Shown: positions 1-10,058 of the stretch, piece after piece
Numbering within the stretch: position 1 is the first letter of the stretch
Layout: the number at the start of each line of letters is the position of its first letter
Source of the DNA: Gemmatimonadota bacterium
GTDB lineage: Bacteria > 4572-55 > J002
Direction of reading: 5' to 3'
NCBI GenBank assembly: GCA_003697105.1
Contig: RFFQ01000113.1
Location: forward strand, 1-64,000
DNA length: 64,000 nucleotides
Position numbers and translations under genes: made by a program
The notes under the pieces: model-generated
Database searches by the model: none
What the model saw: only the letters and a program-made list of their open reading frames with translations
Told to the model about the DNA's origin: nothing

Positions 1-162
1 AAAAGGAGCGGATTGTTCTAGAAAGTAGAAGAAAGTGGACTTTTTTTCAAGTTTCGTCGTGTACTATGCATGTCACCTCAAATTTTGGCGAAGGTATTGT
101 TTAAAAGATGTATTTTACACGGTATTTATTTATCTAAACCCTAAGTATAAAGGAGCATATTC

Positions 163-2202
163 ATGGTAAAACGTGTATTGATACTATCCTTAGGACTCGT
201 ATGGCTCGGGGCAATGAGTTTGAATGCGGCACCCCGCACGGTGCTGGGCGAACTCCATACGGCGGATTGGTGAACCTATTGTCCCCACGCCGAAGCGGCG
301 CTCGACCAGTTGGTCGAGGAATACGGTCCCTCCGAATTTATTTACGTGGCTTATCACACCTCTGACCCCTACGCCATCCCCGATGGGGATGCTCGCTGGT
401 CTAGTTTTTACCACAGCACCGCCATCCCCGATACGTGGTTTGACGGCACAGAAAACGTACTCGGCGGATGGGATGGTTGCTACGACGATTATCTGGATAT
501 TTGCGAAGCTCATTGGGCCGAAGAAAGTCCTATTCTGCTTGAACTATTTGGCAGTATCACCGAAACGGAAGGACAAGTGACGGCTTCTGTCACACTAGAA
601 GAAACCATTGAAGACGATGCCAATATCCATTTTGAAGTGGTGGAAAATCATGTTATCGGGGCACGTCATTTTAATAATATGCTACGGCAAGTACTCGAAA
701 CCGAACCGTTAGGCATCTCTGAAGCCGGTGAAACCGCCACCTTTGAACGCACGTTCACGATGGATAGCGATTGGAATTATGAAAACATCGCGGTGGTTGT
801 TTTCATCCAGCGTCCTGCTACAGCAGACCCGCACAATGTCTATCAAGCCGCATATGGCACGATAGAAACACTGTTACCTCCCGCCGCTATCGAAGGCTAT
901 GTGACCGATTGTGATAGTGAACTGGGCTTGGATGTCACTTCCGTATATGCCGAAGGAACAAGTTTCACGACCACTACGGATGCCGATGGCTTTTATCACT
1001 TGAACTTAGAACCGGGAACGCATACCATTATTTTTGAGCGATTTGGTTATGATACGTATGCTCAGGAGGTCACGGTGGCGGAAGATGATTTGCTACCGGT
1101 CGATGTCTGTCTGAATGCGTTTGAGTCCTCCACGTTGACCGGTCAGGTGACGCAGTTGGAAGACAACGTACCGCTCCCCCATGTGCCGGTGGAATTGCTC
1201 AATGTCCCCATTGAACCCACCCTCACCGATGAAAACGGCAGATACACCTTCACGGTTCCGGGGGGATATACTTATGAGATTTCCGTTTATGCGGATGACC
1301 GGGAACCGCAAGTGGTGAGTGTGCCCGTTCCAGAAAATCAAGAAGTGGTCATGGATATTCCGATGCGGTTTGTGCAAAGTTTTGAAGCCAGTGATGGAGA
1401 TTTCACAGCAAACCGGTTGTGGGAGTGGGGCGCCGCAGACCCCAGTGGCGGTGCGGAAAACGCATATATGGGGCTGAATGTGTGGGTGACGGACATCAAC
1501 GGACCTTACCGTAGCAACACCCGGGCAGATTTAATCACCCCGGTTTATAGTCTTGTCGCCGTTGACGACGCCCAATTAGAATACGCCCATTGGCTGGATA
1601 CCAACGAAGGCTGGGATGGCTACAATGTCTCCATCTCCACGGATAACGGAGAGAACTGGACGCGCCTCGTGCCGGAAGGCGGCTATAATAGCAATGCGAT
1701 TGTGGGTCTTAGTGGTCAGGCGGGCTTCTCCGGTGATGCGAACACGTGGGAAATCGTACATTTTGACCTCAACGACTATCTGGGCGAGGTGATTCAGCTC
1801 CGGTTCCGGTTTGGTAGCACAAATAATAACCGCGACTTTTTAGGAGTGTGCATTGACTATTTCGATCTGCGACGCGAAGGCACCGTTGGTGTGGCTGAAG
1901 AACTCATGCCGGTTGCAGTGCCTGCTACCCTGGTACTGGAACAAAACATACCGAATCCATTTAACCCCATGACGGCGATCCGCTTTTCGATTCCATCGGA
2001 TCAATACATCAACCTGAGTATCTACGATGTGAATGGACGGTTGATCCAAACCTTACACGATGGCTGGCTTCAGGCAGGTAATTACCGCCATATGTGGAAC
2101 GGTACCAACCAACATGGGGTTGCGGTTTCCAGTGGGACATATCTCTATCGCCTGCACAGCAACACGGAAACGATTACCCGCCAGATGGTACTCCTCCGCT
2201 AA
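163..2202 (+). CDS. Candidate secreted selenoprotein (679 aa with Sec37): signal peptide, Omp28-like thioredoxin domain (UxxC), two carboxypeptidase-regulatory-like beta domains, MAM/immune-inhibitor-A-like jelly roll, C-terminal FlgD/T9SS-type domain
   Basis: SD AAGGAG at 150-155, ATG at 163, in frame with track ORF 310..2202. Translation MVKRVLILSLGLVWLGAMSLNA-APRTVLGELHTADW[TGA 271-273]TYCPHAEAALDQLVEEYG. Later YH..DP and AIPDTWFDG (cis-Pro loop); C-terminus LEQNIPNPFNPMTAIRF...IYDVNGRLIQTL...WNGTNQHG...SSGTYLYRL. Confidence 0.85.
288..318 (+). promoter_or_regulatory. Candidate bacterial SECIS hairpin(s) downstream of the in-frame UGA
   Basis: CGCCG-AAG-CGGCG (288-300) and CTCGACC-AGTT-GGTCGAG (301-318); apical loops lie about 19 and 34 nt after the UGA. 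Confidence 0.5.
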
Positions 2203-2219
2203 TCTTTCCCGTTTAAACG

Positions 2220-2265
2220 AAAAGAGACCTGACCGGTTTCAAAGCCGGTCAGGTCTTTCTTTTTT
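2220..2265. terminator. Intrinsic terminator, possibly bidirectional, between convergent genes
   Basis: AGACCTGACCGG (2225-2236) / CCGGTCAGGTCT (2245-2256), A-run before and T-run after. Confidence 0.85.
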
Positions 2266-2298
2266 CGCCAGCGGTTTTTAGGGGGTGTCTGCCAACCG

Positions 2299-3723
2299 TT
2301 ATTTTTTCTTGGGGCGATAGACATGTGTGCTTTGCCCGAAGAAGACTTCCGCGGATTCCATCACCGTTTCTGAAAGTGTCGGGTGGGGATGGATGGTCAG
2401 TTTTAGGTCGGATGCCAGCGCCGCCATTTCTACGGCAAGGGTGCCTTCGGCGATCAATTCACCCGCCCCGGCGCCGACGATCCCGACGCCGAGAATACGC
2501 TCGGTCTCCGGTTCAATGATGAGTTTGGTCAGGCCATCTAGCCGGTCTAAGGTCAATGCCCGCCCGGAGGCGCCCCACGGGAATTTCGCTACTTCGATTG
2601 GGATACCCTTTTCCCGTGCTTCGGTTTCGGTCAGACCGCACCACGCCACTTCCGGGTCTGTGAAGACGACGCCCGGAATCGCCGCCGGATCAAAAATCAC
2701 TTTGTGCCCGGCGATTACTTCTACAGCGACCCGTCCCTCGTGAGAGGCTTTGTGTGCCAACATCGGTTGACCCACCAGATCACCAATGGCAAAAATGCGG
2801 GGTTCTGCCGTGCGAAGTTGTTGATCGACCTCTACAAATCCCTGATCATCCACTTTAATTCGGGTATTTTCGAGTCCGATACCGGTAGAATTGGGTTTGC
2901 GCCCGACGGAAACCAACGCCGCATCAAATTTTTCTTCGGTTTCTGATCCACCTTGCCCCTGCAACTTAACCACCAATCCATCAGACTCTTCAACCATGCG
3001 TATCACTTTGGTGTTTTTTAAGATACGGTTCAACTGGATTTTGAGCCGTTTTTCAAGGATTTTTACCAGATCGGAATCGGCGCCCGTGAGTAGCTGAGGT
3101 AGCATCTCCACCACCGTGACCTCAGACCCCAAGGCAGAATAAACCGTTGCCATTTCTAGCCCGATGTACCCGCCGCCAACGACGAGCAACCGCTTTGGGA
3201 TCGATTCCAGACGCAAGGCATCGGTAGAATCCCAAATGCGGGGGGAATCTGGGAAAATAGGAATACGCGCCGGTTGTGACCCCGTGGCTAAAATAGCGTA
3301 GTCAAAAAAGAGGGTCTCATCACTACCATCTTTACGCTCAACCAGCAAGGTATGGTCATTCAGTAGGGTGGCACGTCCCTGAATAAAATCGATGTGCCGC
3401 TGTTTGGAAAGTTGTCCCAACCCTCCGGTTAATTTGGTGACGACGCTTTCTTTCCAAGCACGTAATTGGTCAAGGTCGATCTGGGGTTCGGTAAAGGTAA
3501 CACCCCAATGGGCGGCTTCACGCGTTTCGCGAAGGAGTTTTGCCACATGCAGGAGTGCTTTGGAAGGGATACATCCCCGGTACAAGCAGACGCCGCCGGG
3601 GTTTTGTTCCAAATCGATTAACGTCACTTGCATACCCATATCTGCCGCTAAAAATGCCGCGGCGTATCCGCCGGGACCTCCGCCGATGACGACCAGTTGT
3701 GTCTTTTTGGTTTCATGTATCAT
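2299..3723 (-). CDS. lpdA: Dihydrolipoamide dehydrogenase (E3)
   Basis: GGGPGGY, GGVCLYRGCIPSK, GGGYIGLE, HPHPTLSE; start moved to MIHETKK (3723), just after the aceF stop. Confidence 0.96.
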   Translation of the reverse strand: MIHETKKTQLVVIGGGPGGYAAAFLAADMGMQVTLIDLEQNPGGVCLYRGCIPSKALLHVAKLLRETREAAHWGVTFTEPQIDLDQLRAWKESVVTKLTGGLGQLSKQRHIDFIQGRATLLNDHTLLVERKDGSDETLFFDYAILATGSQPARIPIFPDSPRIWDSTDALRLESIPKRLLVVGGGYIGLEMATVYSALGSEVTVVEMLPQLLTGADSDLVKILEKRLKIQLNRILKNTKVIRMVEESDGLVVKLQGQGGSETEEKFDAALVSVGRKPNSTGIGLENTRIKVDDQGFVEVDQQLRTAEPRIFAIGDLVGQPMLAHKASHEGRVAVEVIAGHKVIFDPAAIPGVVFTDPEVAWCGLTETEAREKGIPIEVAKFPWGASGRALTLDRLDGLTKLIIEPETERILGVGIVGAGAGELIAEGTLAVEMAALASDLKLTIHPHPTLSETVMESAEVFFGQSTHVYRPKKK

Positions 3724-3724
3724 G

Positions 3725-5434
3725 TTACCCCTCCAGTGCCAGCAAGAATGGTTGTTCCAACGCTTCCACAATCCAGCGCAAGAAACGCGCGGCATCCGCG
3801 CCATCAATTAACCGGTGATCATACGAGAGGGATAACGGCATCATCAGACGCGGTTGGAAGTCTCCCTCCACAAAAACCGGTTCGATAGTGGCACGGGAAA
3901 CGCCCAGAATAGCGACTTCCGGTGGATTGACTATCGGGGTGAAATAAGTACCGCCAATGCCGCCCAAATTACTGATGGAGAAGGTGCCACCCTGCATCTC
4001 GTCAAGGCTTAATTTCCGGTCTCGTGCCTTTTGGGAAAGTTCGGTCAATTCTACAGCAAGTTCAATAATGCTTTTTTGGTCCACATTTTTGATAACTGGT
4101 ACCAGCAAGCCGCGTTCGGTATCCACGGCGACCCCAATATGGTAATACGCTTTGTAGATAATCTCGTGATGTTCCATATCGAGGCTGGCATTGACTTTGG
4201 GGAACGCTTTTAAGGCGGAAGCCACAATTTTGAGTAAGATTGCGGTCATGGTTAGCTTTCCACCCGCGGCTTTTGCCCGTTCTCCGTATTTTTTGCGTAA
4301 TTTTTCCACCTGCGTAATATCTGCTTTATCGTGGTTTGTCACATGAGGAATCGTTGTCCACGCATAGCTTAAATGGGAAGCGGTTTTTTTGCGGACATTG
4401 TTCATTGCTTCTCGTCTGATCTCGCCCCATTTGGTGAAATCAGGTAGGGGTTCCATCGCCACGCCGGGTAATGGTCCCCCTGATTCTTTGAGCGCTTCAA
4501 ACTTTTTACTCATTTGTTTGACATAATTTTGCACGTCCAAAATTGAAATTCGTCCGCCGGGACCCGTCCCCGGCACTTTATTAATGTCCACTCCTAATTT
4601 GCGGGCAAAACCTCGGGTCGAGGGTGCTGCCGGCGCCAGTTTACGGGTAGGATCGAATCCGGAAGATTTCCGCTCTACCGGTAATTCGGGCGGTTTGGGG
4701 TAAATCACTTTTTCCGGCTGGGGTGGTTCATATACTGGCACAGATGGCTTTTTGGATTCCGCAGGGGGTGGCGGCACAAAACCCGGTGCAGGTTCTGCCG
4801 TATCTTCTGGAATATTTAAAGATTCCATGACCAACAACAATTGACCCACATGTACCGTCTCCCCTTCCTGAATGTGGAGTGATTTGACCACCCCGCTAGC
4901 GGGCGACGGGACTTCAAGCGTCGCTTTGTCCGTCTCAATTTCCAAAACGGGTTGATCGACTTCAACTTTATCACCCACTTGAACCAATACCCCAACAACA
5001 TCACCGGAAACCACATTTTCACCCAGTTCAGGCAGATAAAATTCAATAGTTTGCGGGGCTTGTTGCGGGATGTTAGCTGGTGGGGAGGACGCCGGTTGTT
5101 GCGATGGTGCCGGCGCTTTCGGGGTCTCTTCGGTGTTGGGTGAGGGTGGTGCCTCGGGCTGGGGACTTTCGGCGGTAGCTGCCGCTGACGGGTTTTCAGC
5201 CGGCTCAACTGTGAGAATCAATTGACCCACCTCTACCGAGTCATTCTCATTCACGTGTAGCGCCGTGATCGTCCCCGAAACCGTTGAAGGTACTTCTAAA
5301 GTGGCTTTATCGGTTTCAATCTCCAAAATGGGCTGATCGACTTCAATATGATCGCCCGGAGAGACAAAAATTTTCACAATATCGGCGGACTCGATGTTTT
5401 CACCGAGTTCAGGAAGTCTGAATTCTGTCACCAT
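3725..5434 (-). CDS. aceF: Dihydrolipoamide acetyltransferase (E2) with two lipoyl domains
   Basis: Two EIETDKATLEVPS lipoyl motifs, GTGPGGRI E3-binding region, DHRLIDGA catalytic motif. Confidence 0.95.
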   Translation of the reverse strand: MVTEFRLPELGENIESADIVKIFVSPGDHIEVDQPILEIETDKATLEVPSTVSGTITALHVNENDSVEVGQLILTVEPAENPSAAATAESPQPEAPPSPNTEETPKAPAPSQQPASSPPANIPQQAPQTIEFYLPELGENVVSGDVVGVLVQVGDKVEVDQPVLEIETDKATLEVPSPASGVVKSLHIQEGETVHVGQLLLVMESLNIPEDTAEPAPGFVPPPPAESKKPSVPVYEPPQPEKVIYPKPPELPVERKSSGFDPTRKLAPAAPSTRGFARKLGVDINKVPGTGPGGRISILDVQNYVKQMSKKFEALKESGGPLPGVAMEPLPDFTKWGEIRREAMNNVRKKTASHLSYAWTTIPHVTNHDKADITQVEKLRKKYGERAKAAGGKLTMTAILLKIVASALKAFPKVNASLDMEHHEIIYKAYYHIGVAVDTERGLLVPVIKNVDQKSIIELAVELTELSQKARDRKLSLDEMQGGTFSISNLGGIGGTYFTPIVNPPEVAILGVSRATIEPVFVEGDFQPRLMMPLSLSYDHRLIDGADAARFLRWIVEALEQPFLLALEG

Positions 5435-5628
5435 TGGCTATCTTCCTAAAAATTTGAGATGAGTTTTGTGAATTTTTTAAGTTTCTATGAGTTTATGCCG
5501 TCCATGAGTCCCGAAGTTGAACACCACCGGCGATGTTCGCAAAGTGGTTTCGACCTTTTGTTTGGAGTCTCCGGTATGGTCTCACCGAACGATAAACTCA
5601 GTATCTCTACTATTCATTACCCTGCTTA

Positions 5629-8295
5629 TTATGATAAAACCGGATCGGCTTTATCCGCATTGATGTTCAGATCATGGATGGCTTTTTCAACGACATCGGC
5701 GCCAATTTTTCCCTCGCGAGCGAGACCCGTCAAGGCGGCCACGACCACATAGCGATGATCGACCTCAAAGAAGTCTCGTAATGCCGCACGGGTATCGCTC
5801 CGCCCGAATCCATCGGTGCCGAGTGACATGAGGGGGCGGGGTAGCCAGCGCGCGATCATATCCGGGACTAATTTCATGTAATCACTTGCGGCGACAAACG
5901 GACCTTCGGTATCCCTGAGGAGTTCTTCCACATACGGTACTTTCCGCTCGGCGGTGGGATGTAACATGTTCCACCGTTCTGCTGCCAGAGCATCCCGGCG
6001 CAATTCTTTGTAACTGGTGACACTCCACACATCGGCGGCGACCCGATACTCTTCTGCCAAAATTTGCTGGGCTTTCAAGACCTCATTGAGAATTGTTCCA
6101 CTACCAAAGAGTTGTGCTTTTAGTTCCGCATCCTGATTTTCAGCGGCTTTCAACCGGTACATACCTTTCAAAATGCCTTCGCGAGACCCTTCGGGCATGG
6201 GCGGCATGGCGTAATTCTCGTTCATCACAGTGATGTAATAGAAGATGTCCTCCTGATTCACATACATCCGTTTGATACCCTCATGGATAATCACGGCCAA
6301 TTCATAAGCGTATGCTGGATCGTATGCCACCAGATTCGGCACGGTGGATGCCAATACATGACTATGCCCGTCCTGATGTTGTAATCCTTCGCCGTTTAAG
6401 GTTGTTCTTCCAGAAGTTGCTCCGAGCAAAAAGCCTTTACAGCGACTATCACCAGCAAGCCATGCTAAATCACCAATCCGTTGCAACCCGAACATGGAAT
6501 AAAAGATGTAAAATGGAATTGTATTGACCCCATGGTTGGCATAGGCGGTGCCGGCGGCGATAAACGACGACATAGAGCCGGCTTCCGTAATGCCTTCTTC
6601 CAAAATTTGCCCGTTGGTGGCTTCCTTGTAGTAAAGCAGACTGTCGGAATCGACCGGTTCATACACCTGCCCCAAGCTGGAATAAATACCGACTTGGCGG
6701 AACAGGGCTTCCATGCCAAACGTGCGGGCTTCGTCGGGCACAATGGGGACGATAAGTTTACCGATGTTCTTATCGCGGAGAAGTTTTGCCAAGAGCCGGA
6801 CAAAAACCATCGTGGTGGAGACTTCTCGCCCGTTCGTACCGGTTTTGAACTCTTCAAACACCGTTTCGGAAACCTCCCGTAAGGGGGGCACACTAATTGT
6901 CCGGGTCGGGACATATCCCCCCAATTTGGCACGCTGTTCTTTCAGATATTGGATTTCCTGACTATCTTCTGCCGGTTTGTAAAATGGGGCTTTTGCCACA
7001 TCTTCATCGGAAATGGGGATGCCAAAGCGGGTACGGAATTCCCGCAATTCCACTTCGTTCAGTTCTTTCTGTTGGTGAGTGACGTTGCGCCCTTCTCCAG
7101 CTTCACCTAACCCGTACCCTTTGATCGTTTTGGCGAGGATCACGGTCGGGCGGTCTTCCTGAGATACGGCGGCTTTGTAGGCGGCATACACTTTTTCGGG
7201 ATCATGCCCACCGCGCCGCATACGGACAATCTGTTCGTCGGAAACTTTGCGGAGCATCTCAACCAACTGTGGGTTGCCTCCGGAGACATGCTCTCGCACA
7301 TATCGTGCATCTTCCACGATAAATTTTTGGTAGTAGCCATCTACTAAGCTTTCCAGTTGTCGTGCCAATGCACCTTCGGTATCTTGGGCGAAGAGGGGGT
7401 CCCAATCGTTCCCCCAAATTACTTTGATAACATTCCAACCGGCGCCGCGGAAGATCGCCTCCAATTCTTGGATGATCTTCCCATTTCCACGCACGGGACC
7501 ATCCAGCCGTTGGAGATTACAATTGACCACGAAGATCAGGTTATTCAATCGTTCGCGAGAGGCGAGGGTGAGGGCGCCGAGTGCTTCCGGCTCGTCGGTT
7601 TCGCCATCACCTAAAAATGCCCAGACCTTTTGATCATCTTTGGGTTTTAACCCCCGATTTTCCATATACTTAATAAAACGGGCATGGTAAATTGCCGTGA
7701 TGGGACCTAATCCCATTGAGACGGTTGGGAATTGCCAAAAATCGGGCATCAACCACGGGTGGGGATAGGAGGGGACGCCCCCTTTTAACTCTTGCCGGAA
7801 ATTCAAAAGTTGTTCCTCACTCAATCGACCTTCCAAAAAGGCTCGGGCATAAATCCCCGGAGAGCCATGTCCCTGAAAGTAAATTTTATCTTGGGTACGG
7901 AAGAAATGATTGAACCCGACTTCATAAAGAGTGGCGGCAGAAGCATACGTGGAAATATGACCCCCAATGCCGTGAAAACGCATGTTGGCATTGACGACCA
8001 TCGCCATGGCGTTCCATCGAATAATACTTTTGATGCGCCGTTCAATCTCCCGACTGCCCGGGTAAGACGGTTGTTTTTCAACAGGAATCGTGTTGATGTA
8101 GGGCGTATTGGCAGAAAAGGGAAATCGAACCCCGGCACGTTGGGCGTGTGTTTTCAATTGCTCCAGCAGTTGGATCACTCGTTCTGAACCACTGTGCCGT
8201 AGCACATATTCCAACGAGTCAATCCATTCCTGAGTTTCAATGGCTTCCAAATCTGAATTCGTCGCGGTATAGAGGTGACGTTGGGTTTCACTCAT
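5629..8295 (-). CDS. aceE: Pyruvate dehydrogenase E1, homodimeric type
   Basis: 888 aa; GGHISTYAS, FPTVSMGLGP, GDGETDEPE...NCNLQRLDGP (TPP motif), GEGLQHQDG. Confidence 0.97.
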   Translation of the reverse strand: MSETQRHLYTATNSDLEAIETQEWIDSLEYVLRHSGSERVIQLLEQLKTHAQRAGVRFPFSANTPYINTIPVEKQPSYPGSREIERRIKSIIRWNAMAMVVNANMRFHGIGGHISTYASAATLYEVGFNHFFRTQDKIYFQGHGSPGIYARAFLEGRLSEEQLLNFRQELKGGVPSYPHPWLMPDFWQFPTVSMGLGPITAIYHARFIKYMENRGLKPKDDQKVWAFLGDGETDEPEALGALTLASRERLNNLIFVVNCNLQRLDGPVRGNGKIIQELEAIFRGAGWNVIKVIWGNDWDPLFAQDTEGALARQLESLVDGYYQKFIVEDARYVREHVSGGNPQLVEMLRKVSDEQIVRMRRGGHDPEKVYAAYKAAVSQEDRPTVILAKTIKGYGLGEAGEGRNVTHQQKELNEVELREFRTRFGIPISDEDVAKAPFYKPAEDSQEIQYLKEQRAKLGGYVPTRTISVPPLREVSETVFEEFKTGTNGREVSTTMVFVRLLAKLLRDKNIGKLIVPIVPDEARTFGMEALFRQVGIYSSLGQVYEPVDSDSLLYYKEATNGQILEEGITEAGSMSSFIAAGTAYANHGVNTIPFYIFYSMFGLQRIGDLAWLAGDSRCKGFLLGATSGRTTLNGEGLQHQDGHSHVLASTVPNLVAYDPAYAYELAVIIHEGIKRMYVNQEDIFYYITVMNENYAMPPMPEGSREGILKGMYRLKAAENQDAELKAQLFGSGTILNEVLKAQQILAEEYRVAADVWSVTSYKELRRDALAAERWNMLHPTAERKVPYVEELLRDTEGPFVAASDYMKLVPDMIARWLPRPLMSLGTDGFGRSDTRAALRDFFEVDHRYVVVAALTGLAREGKIGADVVEKAIHDLNINADKADPVLS

Positions 8296-8543
8296 TCTTA
8301 GTTTTCCTCGCTAAATGAGATGATTGTTGGATTAAATCTGCAATGAGTTGTTATCAAATGTAAAGGGGCAAAACAAGAAGGATAAAGTTGGTAGCGTATC
8401 GCAGTTAGGCAAAAGGATAACGGATTGACCTTAAAAACGCAAGGGTTTTTTCCGCATCAAAACCCTTGAAAAATAAGGCAGACCTTATTATATAGCGAAT
8501 AAGAGACCGGGTTTTAGTGAACTTTTACCTTTGCGAGTTAGTC

Positions 8544-9449
8544 ATGAAACCCACGACGGTTCATCATGTTCGACCGCCGGCGGTTGCCGGATCATTTTAT
8601 CCCGCATCCCCGAACCAATTGCGCCAATCCGTGCAGACCTTATTGGATCATGCCGGTAAGTCAGCCATGTCTGCCCCCCCGTTGGCATTGATCGCGCCAC
8701 ACGCCGGGTATCGATTTTCCGGACACGTCGCCGCAGAATCCTTTGCTCTCGTAAAAGATATGCCGGTTCAGCGCGTTGTGATTTTGGGGGTTTCGCATCG
8801 CTACCCGATTGGTGAGCATGTGGCACTGAGTGATGTCGATGCCTTTGCGACACCGCTCGGTATTTGCCCGGTGGATACCGGTGTTCAAACCAAATTAATG
8901 CAGATTGACCCACGACTCTTCCGACCGATTCCTGCCGCCCATGCTATGGAGCATTCCATTGAGGTGGAACTCCCCTTTTTACAGATAGTTCTATCGGATT
9001 CTGTGCCGATTGTGCCATTGTTAGTTAATGATGCCGCGGTTGCGTCTGATGTGGCGCAAGCACTGCATCAACTGGATTTAACAGAGACACTTATCGTTGC
9101 CAGTTCGGATTTTTCTCATTTTCCAACATATGATGACGCGGTACGATTGGACACGGATTCCTTAGCAATGATTGAAACGGGACAGCCGGAAGAGTTAATC
9201 GATTTTAACCAACGACGCACGGTAAAACAGGTTTCTAATTTGTACACCTGTATGTGTGGTGAAGCCGCTATTGCCGCTACAATGCACTACGCCAAGCTTA
9301 AACAGGCAGACCAAATTCAAGTGTTGGAATATGCTAACTCTGGAGATGTTGCCCCTGCCCACCGGACGGAAGTCGTTGGTTATGGTGCGGTAGGGTTTTT
9401 TGATGTGTCACCTGCTGGCAAAGGTAACCGGAAGGGAATCGATAATTGA
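8544..9449 (+). CDS. amrB: AmmeMemoRadiSam system protein B (MEMO1 family)
   Basis: VRPPAVAGSFYP, PHAGYRFSG, EHSIEVELPFLQ, SSDFSH, TCMCG, YANSGD, VVGYGA; ATG at 8544 preferred. Confidence 0.92.
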   Translation: MKPTTVHHVRPPAVAGSFYPASPNQLRQSVQTLLDHAGKSAMSAPPLALIAPHAGYRFSGHVAAESFALVKDMPVQRVVILGVSHRYPIGEHVALSDVDAFATPLGICPVDTGVQTKLMQIDPRLFRPIPAAHAMEHSIEVELPFLQIVLSDSVPIVPLLVNDAAVASDVAQALHQLDLTETLIVASSDFSHFPTYDDAVRLDTDSLAMIETGQPEELIDFNQRRTVKQVSNLYTCMCGEAAIAATMHYAKLKQADQIQVLEYANSGDVAPAHRTEVVGYGAVGFFDVSPAGKGNRKGIDN

Positions 9450-10009
9450 AACCAACTGATTTTGAACTTACTTCCGCTGAAAAAACAGCGTTGCTCCGCT
9501 TAGCACATGGGGCAATTGCCAATCATCTTACAGGTGAACCCTTACCCGTTGTTGATGTGACGGAGCGGCTAACTCTGCCCTTAGGGGCATTTGTTACCTT
9601 GCACCATCACGGAGATTTGCGGGGGTGCATCGGATTTATGAGCACAAACAAACCGCTGTACCAAACTATCCCAGAGTTGGCGGTATCCGCGGCATCACGG
9701 GATTTTCGGTTTCCGCCGGTAACGGTAGAAGAACTGCCCCAACTTGATGTAGAAATTTCTATTTTAACACCGCTCGAACCCATTGAAGCGATTGAAGAGA
9801 TTATTATCGGGAAACATGGGTTGTGTATTGAGTTTCGCGGAAGGCGAGGCGTGCTGTTACCGCAGGTTGCACCGCGTTATCATTGGACGGCGCAGGAATT
9901 TGTAGAAGCGGTTTGCCATAAAGCCGGTTTACCCGCTGATGCGTGGCAGGAGGCAGATGCGACACTCTCTATTTTTTCCGCGTATATTTTTGGAGATAGT
10001 ACCGTGTAA
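9446..10009 (+). CDS. amrA: AmmeMemoRadiSam system protein A (AMMECR1 family)
   Basis: GAFVTL...LRGCIG, DFRFPP, EISILTP, GVLLPQVA, KAGL; TTG start overlaps the amrB stop. Confidence 0.92.
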   Translation: MKPTDFELTSAEKTALLRLAHGAIANHLTGEPLPVVDVTERLTLPLGAFVTLHHHGDLRGCIGFMSTNKPLYQTIPELAVSAASRDFRFPPVTVEELPQLDVEISILTPLEPIEAIEEIIIGKHGLCIEFRGRRGVLLPQVAPRYHWTAQEFVEAVCHKAGLPADAWQEADATLSIFSAYIFGDSTV

Positions 10010-10058
10010 GCCCATTTATCAGATTTTGAAAATTGAAATCAAAGGAGACCTTATATTC

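Noticed and set aside
271-273. Genome-wide reassignment of TGA to Trp or Gly
   Set aside because: Conserved genes here end at TGA at their normal C-termini (amrB, msrC, iscA, lutC), TGG is used for Trp, and I saw no other gene interrupted by TGA.
310-312. Track start (TTG 310) for the first gene
   Set aside because: It has no SD, sits inside a hairpin, and would remove the signal peptide and the redox motif.
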